Shown: in pieces, positions 39,146 to 51,513 of the stretch
Layout: each line of letters begins with the position of its first letter
Position numbering within the stretch: the stretch's first letter is position 1
Assembly (NCBI GenBank): GCA_965287045.1
Contig: OZ336892.1
Span: 24,738,001 to 24,802,000 of the forward strand
Origin: Carcharhinus amblyrhynchos
Taxonomy: Eukaryota
Direction: 5' to 3'
Length of the DNA: 64,000 bases
Notes under the pieces: generated by a model
Database searches by the model: none
What the model was told of the DNA's origin: nothing
What the model saw: the letters and a program-made list of their open reading frames with translations, nothing else
Made by a program: the position numbers and the translations under genes

Positions 39146-39695
39146 GGGAGCAATCTTGTGCGAGGGGCAAAAAAGCAAGTTTGTGTCCAGTTTCTGTCTC
39201 TCACGACCTTAACAATCTTGGATTGCTGGCATGATCAACCTAGGCGTGAGGCTGATTTGAACATTTAAATCTATTTTTAAACATTATTTGTGGGTCTGGG
39301 ACACAATCATTTAGGTTTATTTGCCTCAACAGCCTCGCCAGTGAAGGTCCTCACCAGCGAGGATCACATTTGGTCCCTATCAGTGGGGACCTGTTGTGAT
39401 GGCCTCGCTAGTGGGGCTGGAGGCCACTGAGGCCCCTTGGGTGCTTAAGGTAGGGAGGGGGCAGTACCTTGTACACAGAACACAGATTGGCACATGCACA
39501 ATAGTGCTTTCTAGCTGTCATCAGCCAGCTTTCTGACAAGAATAGACCCCATCCATTGGCGTAAATCACACTTTGCCTTTTTTTGCACTAAGTGGCATAA
39601 GATTATGTCTGAAAACTCTCCAAAAAATGGATGCAATTCTCTCCAGTTTTCATGCTCATTTGGCACTTAGAATTTTTTTGGTAAAACTGCTCCCC
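39146..39695. mobile_element. Non-autonomous Harbinger-like DNA element
   Basis: TIRs GGGAGCAATCTT / AAAACTGCTCCC. Internal CCTCGCCAGTG-type repeats. Confidence 0.6.
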
Positions 39696-40695
39696 TCATT
39701 TCTTTTCAGCACCTTTGAGTATGTCCATTTAAAGAGCACAATCACTGAGAGCTCTTAAGCAATCTTATTATGTGCTTTTACAGATCTCTTTTTAAGAGAT
39801 TCAGTTCTCAATCCTGATTTCCACACCTCTAGGTACTTAGAAAGTTGGGACTTCATTGTGGTACTGGATTACACTGTACGCAACTAGATACTAGCTTCGA
39901 GCTTTCTTTGAATCAGATCTTCAAAACACAAGAAAACGTATGAATGAAAGATTAAGAATGGCTAAGTTTTTCATCCAACAAAATCTAGATATGGAACACA
40001 ATATTAGCTAATTGCAGAAAAAGTTTTGCAGAAGGACTAATGTATGAAAACAAATAATGAACAAGGTTAGTTAAGATTAAGACAGGATAATGACCATTGG
40101 AAAAAATGATGAAAAAAGACGCCATGGATAGTAAATTAATACTAACAACATCAAAGATTAAACCTGAGCATTTCAGAGAAAGTCAAGACTTACCAACGCT
40201 ATAGCAGATACCATGTTACAAAACAAGATGCATGCCTTGTGCGCATGTCACCAACAGAAAATTAAATCCTGGAATTTATCAGCAATACACTGAATACATG
40301 CTTGTCCTTGCTAAGTCGGTGTGTAATCTTGAAACATTGAATGTAACACTATTACAAAGCAAAATCTATCCAAGGAATGCATTTGAAATCTTGTTGTGCT
40401 TATGATGATTGCCAAACAATACCAAATAACTTTGACTCATACTAATCATGATATTGCTAAATATTTTAGATACATTAACACTATTTTAGTTGTGGTGGAT
40501 GACTGTTGACAAGTACAGTATTGTACAATGATTCCATTGAAATAGTTACTTTAGTGAAAATCAATACAATTTGAATTAGATTGTGCAAAAGCCAGCTAAA
40601 TTAGGCATCCTATAAAACTCTTAAATGAATGAGATTCCAATTTAAATTTCCAAGTTAGGAAATGGACTTAGAGTTTGATTAGCCATGATCTTAAT

Positions 40696-41353
40696 AAATG
40701 GCAGAGTGTGTTTAAAGGGCTAAATGGCCTATTCCTCTTCCTATTTCTCATGGTGATATGGTCTTATGGACTGCTGATTTTCCTGTCCTCCCAAATGATA
40801 CATTGTCTGTAAACCATGACATAATGCTGGCTACAACTTAAATTTAGTTGAGGCCTGACCATGAAAATTGACCAGGCTTCTGCTGTTATAGGATAAACTG
40901 TCACCTTGTCCCCTCCCCAACCAATATCACCAAGCAGCATCCTGGCAAGCACTGCTGCCCCTCAGCTCCAGGGACCTAGGTTCAATACCTGGCTTGGATC
41001 CCTGTTTGAGTGGGGTTTGCACGTTCTCCACATGTTTGCATGGGTTTCCCCCAGGGATACTAAGGGGCAACTTAGCATGGCCAATGCACTTAACCCACAC
41101 ATCTTTGGACTGAGGGAGGAAACTGGAGCACCCACATGGCCTCCTCCTGCACTGTAGAGATTCTACGATTCACCTGACAAAATGGCAGAGTGCGCTTAAG
41201 GCGCTAAATGGCCTATTCCTCTTCCTATTTTTCATGGTCATATGGTCTTATGCACTGCTGGTTTTCCTGTCCTCCAAAATGACATGCTGCCTGTAAACTG
41301 TGCACACACTGCTGGCTACAACTTAAATTTACTTGAGGCCTGAACATGAAAAT
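40696..41353 (+). repeat. Direct repeat of ~175 bp (40696-40868 and 41180-41353) flanking a rearranged SINE
   Basis: Both copies start AAATGGCAGAGTG and end CATGAAAAT. Each includes a CR1 tail plus flanking DNA. Confidence 0.9.
40934..41171 (+). mobile_element. HE1 V-SINE with internally inverted segment
   Basis: Head (40934-41052) and tail (41136-41171) are on +. The middle (41053-41133) is the reverse complement of the expected segment. Confidence 0.8.
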
Positions 41354-42954
41354 CAATGTCAGTGCTTTTGCAGGGTACAATCCACACTCCATCAAAGAAT
41401 GATTAACTGTGTCGGAGCTTCTGTGGAACTTTGTCACATATACGCTACAAACAACAGAACATAGTGTTCTCTGGATGGGAGAAGACATATATAGAGCTTT
41501 GGTGCCAATTACTGAACAGAATTTTGAATTGATACAACACTGAAGCATCATTGTTGCAGGTGCTCCTGGTATAAATTTGAGAGCTTTGTCTTAATTTCAA
41601 CTTTGGTAATGCTGTTCCAATTATGACCTTGTAAATTATGCTTAGGCATCTCAAAAACAAAGTACTATAAAATTTATTTTGCAGCTCCCTTAATGATGTG
41701 AACAAAAAACATCTAATGAGATATTTAAATCATTTGCCCTGGATAGACCCAGATATAATCCCCAGTCTGTTCTGATTCAGCTGATTGCAGCTGGGGTTGT
41801 GTTAGAATGCAGCAATTGGATTCAACACAATACTACTACTTGTTTAGTATGCTTAATATAGAAGAATTCCCAAAATGCTTAGATATTTTAACCAAAAAAT
41901 AGATTCTAAATCAAAGAAGGTAGTAGGAATAGCAACTTAAAGTTTGATTTTAAAAAATAAAATAATTGCCTTGAAGGAGGAAAGAAGTGTAGGGGTTGAG
42001 GAACAAATCCAAAATGTGGATCTAGAAAATGATAGAACAATCACAGGCTTCTATGCTACATACAGGAGATAAAAATAGTGTTCCTGATTCTGATTGTGAT
42101 CTAGTGACCCCTGCTGGGAAAACCCACCTATTAACAATTGAGATCAGTTACAACGTCCAACGTGCTAATCTGGTAAAGAAGGGCAGATCTTGTCACAAAT
42201 TTGAACATAAACTAATATGGATACTTTTAAATAGATGCAAACAAGCATGGCCACTTAGGATTATAATAACATAATGCAGTGGAAACCAATGGGAGCAGGA
42301 GGTGGTGATATCCTGCTGGAGTTAAAAAAAAAGAGTTACAGGCTACATTTTACTGCACATGCTCTGGTCAGCATCTTCACTGCTGCTGAATTTCCTTGTG
42401 TGGAATCCACCCTGAACTGAGGGATCTGCCTTCTGATATACTTCTGCCCTCCCCCATATCCTTCCTCCAGATCAGACAGAGGTTTTCCTACTTCCCACTC
42501 AAGATGGAGGGAGAGAATTACTGCAAACTTATCAGTGTAAGGCTGTTCAGTTCAAAGGGTGCCAAATGTTCTTTTCAGACTTGACCAATTGAAAATAGGA
42601 TTTCAGAATTACTAAATTAGATTGCTTTTGCTCATGAGATATTTCCAAGGACTATACATCACGCAAGTGAACTGTAAGCAATTGGGAACTTTGCTGCAGA
42701 GTTTCAGAATTTTGTTCTAACAGAATTAAGTATTCCCACCATATAGGCTTATCCATCAAATACTGCTGCTGGGCCAAGTATGAGAGAGCTGCAGAAAAAT
42801 CTGGAATTATTTTCTACTGAAAGCTTGGACAACTTCAAGACAGGAGAGGAGATAAAGATAGAACAAAAATGTTACCTTGTTTATACGTTCATGCAAAAAT
42901 AAATCAATTATTTAGTCAAGCAAAGATACATAACAGTTCAATAATGAAGCAGCT

Positions 42955-43110
42955 TTACCTCTCGTGTTCAGAACTCCACTTAGCTGACGAAGGAGCAACA
43001 CTCTGAAAGCTAGTGGCTTTTGCTACCAAATAAACCTGTTAGACTTTAACCTGATATTGAGAGACTTCTTACTGTGTTTACCCAAGTCCAACGCCGGCAT
43101 CTCCACACCA
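42955..43110 (+). mobile_element. Penelope-like terminal repeat fragment with hammerhead core
   Basis: CTGACGA-A-GGAG/CAACA/CTCT-GAAA-GCTA-GTGG (42984-43016), then ATAAACCTGTT.GACTTTAACCTG shared with 15203-15276. Confidence 0.75.
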
Positions 43111-43920
43111 CTGGCAGCTGGGGAGAGGAAGAATTCGGCAGGAGGCTCAAAACAAAATTGGTTTCATGCTGGCTTGAATTTACAGTAGGATGTTCTTAAT
43201 CCACCATGGTGGATTGGGAAAATCAATGGAGGCCAATGTGAAACGCAGTTGCATCCCATTAATGGGATCACTTAGTGGGTAAACAAGCTGGTGCAAAACA
43301 TGTTTGAAAGAATATGGTGTGCTGATGTCATGGCTCACCTGAACAGTGCCTGGGACTGCCACCAAAATGCATAATGGATACCACTAGCAACCCTGGATCC
43401 CAGAACACAACAGCAGCAGTGGGTGGGGGAGCATCTCCCAGAGGGCTTTTCAGATTCAATGTCCTGCAAGGGTTCATTTGTCAGCCTCAATGTCCCTGCT
43501 CTTCTATTTTCATTCTCAGGAGATTCACCTTTCGTCTTTAAAGTGCTCCCAATGATCCACCTCCATTTCCAAGTGGTCCTTTTTTTTTCCTTCAATAATG
43601 GACGAGTGATGTTGGGTGCCTTTTCAATATGGTGCCTGGGTAGGACAATGAATAGGCCTGCCTCGACATGGTGGCTGGTGGGTAACATTCTCTTTTGGAG
43701 AGTTGATGTGCATTCATTGTACAGCACAAAACATTCTCTCCCGTAGCTTTGTCAGAGGAATTGATGTGTTTTCTCAACTACCTCCACAGCGGGAAACATT
43801 CACATTCTGTCTCACGACTTAGTCCAGAGATGGCTGCATTGTACTCTACATTACAAGTTATCCAGTAATATCATGAAGCTACTTGAAAATAGATATGTTT
43901 AAGATATATTTGTTACCTTT

Positions 43921-44259
43921 ATCATAGAAATCCTACAGTACAGGAAGAGGCCATATGGCCCATCGAGTCCATACCAACCACAATCCCATCCAGGCCCTAC
44001 CCCAATTCCCTGTATATTTCACCCACTAATCCCTCTAACCTACACATCTCAGGATACTAAGGGGCAATTTTAGTATGGCCAATCAATGTAACCTGCACAT
44101 CTTTGGACTATGGGAGAAACCGGAGCACCCGGAGGAAACCCATGCAGATACAAGGAGAATGTGCAAACTCCACACAGACAGTGACCCAAGCCGGGAATCG
44201 AACACAAGTCCCTGGAGCTGTGAAGTAGCAGTGCTAATCACTGTGCTACCGTGCCACCC
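43921..44259 (-). mobile_element. HE1-type V-SINE, full length
   Basis: CATAGAA tail, V-domain and tRNA-like head. Confidence 0.92.
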
Positions 44260-46679
44260 TTGTATCTTACTCTCTGGCCTGGATATTCATCACTGAGGTT
44301 GGTATAGGCTGTAGTTGAACCAGCTGACCTGGGGAAAATGTCAGAGACAGACACAATGGCTGCAGTGTGCAGAGGTAGGTTGTTAAAAATGGCTGCTGTG
44401 GTGCAGAGAGGCTTCATCTCAGTTATGATGAAAACCATAAGGTGCCAAGCTATCACTATCCACACACTCCCCATCCATGCTGTCATATAACTCCATGCCA
44501 GACGTTGCCCCTCCACTCACTCCCATGTCCATTAGTCAAGCTTAAGCACTTCCAAGCCCATTAGGAACCCTATAGTGACAATAAATTGTTTAACAAAATT
44601 GCTTAAAGGATAAAAAGCAGTAATTCAATTACTTTGCTCTAAGTTAAAAACAAATAACCTTTACTGTGGGGCAAGTGTCATTCATCCAAACTCTAAGTAT
44701 CACTTGCTAAAACTGCCATTGTCAAGAATGCATAAGGCTTGGCCAAGGGCACCAAAGTCCATTACTCTGAAATAGCCAAATTCCAGGAAAAACATTGCTT
44801 GATTTTGCAATTGATAGCAGCAAAAGCCAGGAGGTGCAAAATTTTTTTTATGCAAAATTAAGAGCGTTCAAGTGCTTGCAGTTTTTGCTCTTGATGCTTA
44901 AAATAATGATTTGTTGACATTTCGGGTATCATTCCCTTTTTCAAGAGTAGATGTTCTTGTTTTGTACAAGCAGTTAACTGCTAATCTTTTGCAAAAGATA
45001 AAGCCAAGTCTTGGTCAAACTGTAAACGATCATTGTACTAGAGCTAATTAAAGACCACCAATATTCACAGTTCTCAGTTTTTATTCCTTTATATGACTGC
45101 TCAATCTTCAAAATTCTGCCTCAAGCTAGGAGACAAATTAATCAAATATTCACATCCAGTCTTGGAGGATGTAATCTTCTGTGGTTGGTAGTATTAACCA
45201 TTCAATTGCCTCCAAATAGTCCAACTAAGAAATCAGTTACTGTTTGAGATTGAACTTAATATTAATAATTCAAAGTCTATGTCAACAGGTTTATTTATAC
45301 CAGGCATTGATTAATTGGTCATTCACAAGTCCACAAACAGAACATGCTCAAATATTGTAGTTGATAGATTATGTCAATCAAAATTGCTCAAGGAACCCTT
45401 TCTGATAAACAAAGGAATTTCCCTGGACCAGACAGGAAAAAGCAGAATATATTGCAGATTTTCTTCAATTGCCTAAGTGTGCATTATGTTGCAAAACATT
45501 GCAAGTTTAAAAAAAACAAAGCACAGAACCACACAATTGCACTGTAGGATACACAGCATCTCAAATGCCAATAAAGATAAGTCATTTATTAACCCTGTGA
45601 TTATTTTGAAAGTAATAATGCTCATTATTTGGATTTTTAGGTCTGTCCTTAGTTGCATTTATTAATACATATTTCTGAGTTGATCGTCACAGGACTGACT
45701 ATCTCAAGTTAAAAAGCCAAAATTAACTTGGTTAGCAAATTAACTCGGACCCAAAAAAAAGTATATAGTTGCCAGTGATGGTCAGGACAATTTATGCAGC
45801 ACAGGTTGTTCCTGTGCAGAACAATGCTTTGGACACAATTCTAAAGTTAACAATTAAACATTTCTTAGAACACAGCTATTCTAGAATTGAAAGCATTTGT
45901 CCCAAACTATTTTTAAAAATATTCACATACTTCTTGCTTTTCAAAGCAAACTTGGTTATATTTGATATTAAGATCTCGTTATGTTGATCATTTAACAAAG
46001 GATTCCTTTTTTGAAGCACTGATTCTGTGATTCAGTGGTAAAGTGGCTTCACTTAGCCAAACAATTTTGTATCAGACACTGCTGAAAGCAGTGCCACTAC
46101 TTGGTTAAACGTGTGGGGTTTTAATTAGGCATCATCAACTTAATTCATTTTGAAAGGTCATTAAAAAATGTTAAATTGAGACATTTTTCCAGAAATAAGG
46201 TTCCCCTATTAAAGCACATATTTTCAATACTTCCAGCCATGTTTTCCACAATAACACAATATCTTGGTTGAGGAACACATTCCACATTAATATACTTCAA
46301 CCAATTAAGTTATTTAGTTTTCAATGATTTATTGAATGCACTGCCACATGTTGAGGAAATCAAACTTCTTGTGGAATTGTCAGCTGAAGTGGTGAACGTG
46401 CACCCACTTCACTTCGTTCTTCAATGGATTTTGGCCAGAGTGGAAAATCAATTGGGAACAAACTAATCTCAAATGGTCTATTGCTTCACTTCCTCTTAAA
46501 AATATTAAAATTAAATTTACATTGTAACTTTATAGAAATGTTCACATTTTAAAGTTCATCTAATCATACACTAAATCACTTAATTTACACATCATAAGGT
46601 TTTTGCCAAAGATTAAATCAAGGTTGTTAGTACAATCTGAAGATGCAACATTCAGGTTAAAATGTTTGCCTAGTCTTAC

Positions 46680-46754
46680 TGAACTAAAGTTTACAAATCT
46701 TCCAAACATCACTTTACTTAAATCCAAAGTAAAATTTAGCACCGATATCACCTC
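46680..46754 (-). CDS. Candidate internal coding exon (75 nt, phase 0/0) of an unidentified host gene, SEA-domain-like
   Basis: Acceptor ccttttctttgtcgcggctag|GAG and donor TCA|gtaaga. Encodes EVISVLNFTLDLSKVMFGRFVNFSS with two N-x-S/T sequons. Confidence 0.5.
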
Positions 46755-46872
46755 CTAGCCGCGACAAAGAAAAGGCATTGTGGCACATACAATGTAAACC
46801 TGCTTACTTTCAATGAGATTACCCTACACAAATCTGGCCACTATAATTCAAGAAAAAGAAAATTTAAATAAT

Positions 46873-47089
46873 GGCAGGAATTCTCCAGTCTCACACACCC
46901 TGCTACGGCAGCCATTGAGAATGAAGAATTTGGCACTCAGCCCAAATTTCTGTTCACAGCATCGGGACCGGATAATTCCAGCCCACAGGCAAGGTCAGGA
47001 GTATTCTGGCCAATATTCAGCCCAAGTCTTCATTCACAGCAGTGGGACCTGATAATTCCAGCCATGGGCAAAGTCAGAGAATTCCGGCC
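46873..47089. mobile_element. MITE with duplicated right end
   Basis: TIR GGCAGGAATTCTCC vs GGAGTATTCTGGCC (~47011) and AGAGAATTCCGGCC (47089). Internal duplication with 80-bp period. Confidence 0.7.
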
Positions 47090-47817
47090 AACGTTTCTGG
47101 CATTTACATATAAAACCTTCATTTAAGTACTAGTGCAGGAAAGGAAATAATATCTTGTTTATGGTTCATGCTCTTTCCCAGTTTTAAAATACAATGTTGA
47201 GAAATTTGGTGCATAAAGGCAATATCACTCATTTAGACTTGCTGCATGAGACTAGTACTGCAGAAAATCTGTTCCATGTGCAAGGATGATTTCATCAACA
47301 GCCTTTCAATATATGTTCAAAGAATGTAACCTTTAGGAAAATTGTTTGTGTGAGAAAGGCACCACATTTGTAATTATGAATCCATTTTCAGCAAGGATTT
47401 TTCTGCTTTGTAATCCACAAATTCTTACGGTATTATAAGTTAACATTTTGGTTATGAAATTCAATAATCCTGGTGATAATGGGCATAGGGAGTGCACTAT
47501 TGAACCTGTGCCTGTTGTTTGTGATGCAGGCAGCATGCAAACTTTTGTGATGCTGGCTAATTTAAATGACTGGAGTGTGCAGCCAATGCTAAGTGCACTA
47601 TTAAGTGGCTGCGTGCCTCAGCATGCACAAAACTGATTGGATAGCACAAGTTCAGGCTAAGCTACCTAAATGTCAGTTTGCAACCTAAAGTCAAGCTTGC
47701 ACCTCTTAAAGGAGTGCATTTTGTCTAATGCAGGTCCTGGGTGTCATTCAAAAACTGATTTTGATCTGGGAAAGCAAACAAATGGCTCAGTATAGTAGAA
47801 AGCATACTTCAGAATAT

Positions 47818-48095
47818 TATGAACACATGAAACAGGAGCAAAAAGCTATTCAGCCTCTTGAGCTTACTCTGCCATTCATTATCACGTCTGATCATTTGTC
47901 TTATTGTATCCCCAATAACCTTCGATTTCCTTGTCCAACAAGAATTTGTTTACCTCCGTCTTGAAAATATTCAATGATCCAACTTCCACTGCCTACCAAA
48001 GTGGAGCGTTCCAAAGTCAGACTCTGTCCTCAAAGGGCCTAATTTTAAAACAATGTCACTCTAGTTCTGGATTTACCCACGTGAGGAAACCACCA
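47818..48095 (-). mobile_element. Old CR1 3' fragment (appears to resume at ~49649-49725)
   Basis: GAACACATGAAACAGGAGC...TTGAAAATATTCAATGA 3'UTR pattern. Confidence 0.65.
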
Positions 48096-48109
48096 TGTAG
48101 GATCCTATG

Positions 48110-49648
48110 TAAGACCATAAGATATAAGAGCAGAACTAGGCCACTCGGCCCATTGAATGGCAGAGCAGACCCAATCATAGCTGATATTTTTCTCATCCCC
48201 GTAACATCTAATTCTCTTATTAATCAAGAGCCTATCTACCTCTGTCTTAAAGACACTCAGTGACCTGGCCTCCACAACCTTCTGTGACAAAGAGGTCCAC
48301 AGATTCACCACTGTCTGGCTGAAGAAATTCCTCCTCATCTCTGTTTAAAGGATCGTCCCTTTAGCCTGTGGTTATGCCCTCTAGTTCTAGTTTTTTTGAC
48401 TAGTGAAAACACCTTCTCCATGTCCACTCTATCCAGGCCTCAGTATCCTGTATGTTCAATAAGATCTCTCTCATCCTTTTAAACTCCAATGAGTACAAAT
48501 CCAGAGTCTTCAACCATTCCTCATACGCCAAGCTCTTCATTCCAGGGATCATTCTTGTGGACCTCCTTTGGACTCTTTCCAAGGCCAGTACATCCTTCCT
48601 TAGATAAAAGGCCCAAAACTACTTACAATACTCCAAATGGGGTCTTATCAGAGCCTTAAACAGCTTTAGAAGAACATCTCTGCTCTTGTATTGTAGCCCT
48701 CTCGACATGAATGCTAACAGTGCATTTGCCTTCCTAACTGCCGCCTGAACCTGCACATTAAGAGAATCTTGAACAAGGACTCCCAAGTCCCTTTGTGTTT
48801 CTGATTTCCTAAGCATTTCCCCATTTAGAAAATAGTCTATGCCTCCATTCCTCCTTCCAAAGTGCATAACACCACACTTTTCCATTGTATTCCATCTGCC
48901 ACTTCTTTGCCCACCCTCTTAATCTGTCCAAGTCCTTCTGCAATCCCCTGCTTCCTCAATACTGTGTCCTCCACATATCTTTGTATCATCTGCAAACTGA
49001 GCAACAGTGCCTTCAGTTTCTTCCTCCAAATCATTAATGCATATTGTGAAAAGTTGTGATCCTAGCACCAGTTGTGATGCACACCACTAGTCACTGGCTG
49101 CCATCCTGAAAAAGACCCCTTTACCCCCATTCTCTGCCTTCTGCCAGTCAACCAATTTTCTATCCATGCCAGGATCTTATCATGAAAATACCATGGGCTC
49201 TTAATTTATTTAAGAGTCTTCTGTGCAGCATCTTGTCAAAGGCCTTTTGGAAACCTAAATAAATCACATCTGCTTGTTCTCTTCTATCTAACTTCCTTGC
49301 TACCTCCTCAAAGAATTCTAACAGATTTGTCAGACATGACCTCCCCTTGACAAAGCCATGCTGACTCAGTCCTATTTTATCATGCACTTCCAAGTACCCC
49401 GCAATCTCATCTTTGATAATGGACTCTAAAATCTTGCCGATGATTGAAGTCAGGCTAACCGGCCGATAGTTTCCCCATCTGCTGCCTCCCTCCTTTCTTA
49501 TACATCAGTGTTACATTAGCTACTCTCCAGTCCTCTGGGACCTCCCTGCCTCCAGTGATCTCTGAAAGATCACCATCAATTTCCTCAGCTATCTCTTTTA
49601 GAACCCTGGGGTGTATTCATCCAGTCCAGGTGACTTATCCACCTTCAG
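48110..49648 (-). mobile_element. CR1 LINE, 5'-truncated, disabled
   Basis: ORF pieces QHGFVKGRSCLTNL, KCGVMHFGRRN, RPHLEYC and RRNFFSQ. Confidence 0.95.
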
Positions 49649-49921
49649 ATATATACTTCAATCAAGTCACTCCTTTCTTCTAAACACCAGTGGAAACAAG
49701 CTCAGCCTGTTCTACTTATCGTCACGATTCGAGGAATTAAATCCCAAATTCACCAGAAGCAGATCGAATGCCAAATGTTTGACAAAGGGCTGTCAAAAAA
49801 AAAAAATTGCTACTTTCAGAACATAATTTGTAAGACATTGCTTCCCGAGATTATCCATCAGTCAGGAACTGTTCCAGCAACATCTGGACAGAACTACAAA
49901 AAATATCTCTGGATGCATATG

Positions 49922-50275
49922 CATAAGAACTAGGAGGAGTAGACAATTCAATAAGATCATGGCTGACCTTTTTATGGACTCTGCTCTACTTAGCCACCTG
50001 CTCACCATAACCCTTAATTCCTTTACTGTTCAAAAATCTATCCGTCTTTGCCTTAAAACCATTCAACAAGGTAGCCTCAACTGTTTCACTGGGCAGGGAA
50101 TTCCACAGATTCATAACTCTTTGGGTGAAGAAGTTCCTCCTCAACTCAGTCCTAAATCTTCTCCCCTTTATTTTGGTGCTATGCCCCCTACTTCTGGTTT
50201 CACCCACCAGAGGAAACCACTTCCCTGCTTCTATCTCATCTATTTTCTTCATAATTTTGTATGTTTCTATAAGAT
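49922..50275 (-). mobile_element. CR1 3' fragment nested in the Gypsy RT
   Basis: ORF 49986-50318 LIETYKIM..RRNFFTQRVMNLWNSLP. CATAAGAAC tail. Confidence 0.92.
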
Positions 50276-50358
50276 TGTGGATAATATCATGGTGATGGGC
50301 AAAACCAAAGAGGAACATGACTGAAATCTACACTCAGTAGCAGCTTATCATAAAGGAC

Positions 50359-51275
50359 AAGATTGGGGGAAAGGCAAATTGTGCGGAGGGTGTGGAGAGT
50401 CTGCAGAAGGATCTAGATAGGCTGGGCGAATGGGCCAGGAAATGGCAAATGGAATTTAATGTTGGCAAGTGTGAGGTGGTCCACTTTGGTAGGAAGAATG
50501 GTAGGAAGGACTATTACTTACGTGGCGAAAAACTGCAGCAGGCGACGGTGCAGAGGGACCTCGGGGTCCTTGTGCATGAGTCGCAAAAACCCAGCCTGCA
50601 GGTGCAGCAGGTGGTCAGGAAGGCGAATGGGATGCTGGCCTTCATAGCGAGGGGGATTGAATATAAAAGTAGGGAGGTCTTGCTGCAGCTGTATAGGGCA
50701 TTGGTGAGGCCGCAGCTGGAGTACTGTGTGCAGTTTTGGGCGCCGCACCTGCGCAAGGATATTTTGGCCTTGGAGGGAGTGCAGAGGAGGTTTACTAGGC
50801 TGATACCGGAGTTGAGGGGGTTGAGCTATGAGGAGAGGCTGAATAAACTAGGCTTGTACTCGTTAGACTTTAGAAGAATGAGGGGAGATCTCATTGAGAC
50901 GTATAAGATGATGAATGGGATGGATAGGATAGAGGTGGAAAGACTCTTCCCGCTCAAAAAAGACAGTAGGACTAGGGGGCACAGCCTCAAGATAAAGGGG
51001 GGGCGGTTCAGAACGGAGTTGAGGAGGAACTTCTTCACTCAAAGGGTGGTGAATCTCTGGAATTCTCTGCCCGTTGAAGTGGTGGAGGCTGCCTCGCTAA
51101 ATATTTTTAAGAAGCGGGTTGATGGGTTTTTGATAAGAGAGGGGATTAAGGGTTATGGGGAGAGGGTGGGAAAGTGGAACTGAGCCACGACAGATCAGCC
51201 ATGATCTTATTGAATGGCGGGGCAGGCTCGAAGGGCCAGATGGCCTACTCCTGCTCCTATTTCTTATGTTCTTAT
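50359..51275 (+). mobile_element. Young CR1, 5'-truncated, open C-terminal ORF2 (263 aa)
   Basis: ORF 50392-51183 and TTTCTTATGTTCTTAT tail. Possible GAC duplication (50356-50358 / 51276-51278). Confidence 0.97.
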
Positions 51276-51465
51276 GACTTGTCTTCAACAACAAGAAATG
51301 CTAATGAAGCATTGGTTAACCAAACATTTTTGGTTCTGTCAGTTCAAGTTCTGGGATCCGAGTGAACACAGGCAAACTTGAAGATGTACAAGACATGCCT
51401 ACTCCATAAGGCAAAGAACTTGTAGAGATTCCTCAGGTTTTTCAACTTTATAACAAACATACCTA

Positions 51466-51513
51466 TTTTTATTTATTTATATATATTTATTTATATATAT
51501 ATTTATATATATA
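51466..51513. repeat. (ATTT)/(AT)n simple repeat at a CR1 5' junction
   Basis: Pure A/T tract between the left TSD and the CR1 start. Confidence 0.9.

Noticed and set aside
42650-42900. Protein-like frames on both strands (KIIPDFSAALSYLAQQ..., PSMRELQKNLELF...)
   Set aside because: No recognisable homology and no consistent acceptor/donor pair.
43335-43777. Overlapping ORFs possibly from a transposase
   Set aside because: No DDE motif could be aligned. Probably degenerate TE sequence, but unassignable.
46385-46411. Small hairpin TGAAGTGG...CCACTTCA
   Set aside because: An 8-bp stem is expected by chance in 64 kb, and it is too short for a pre-miRNA.
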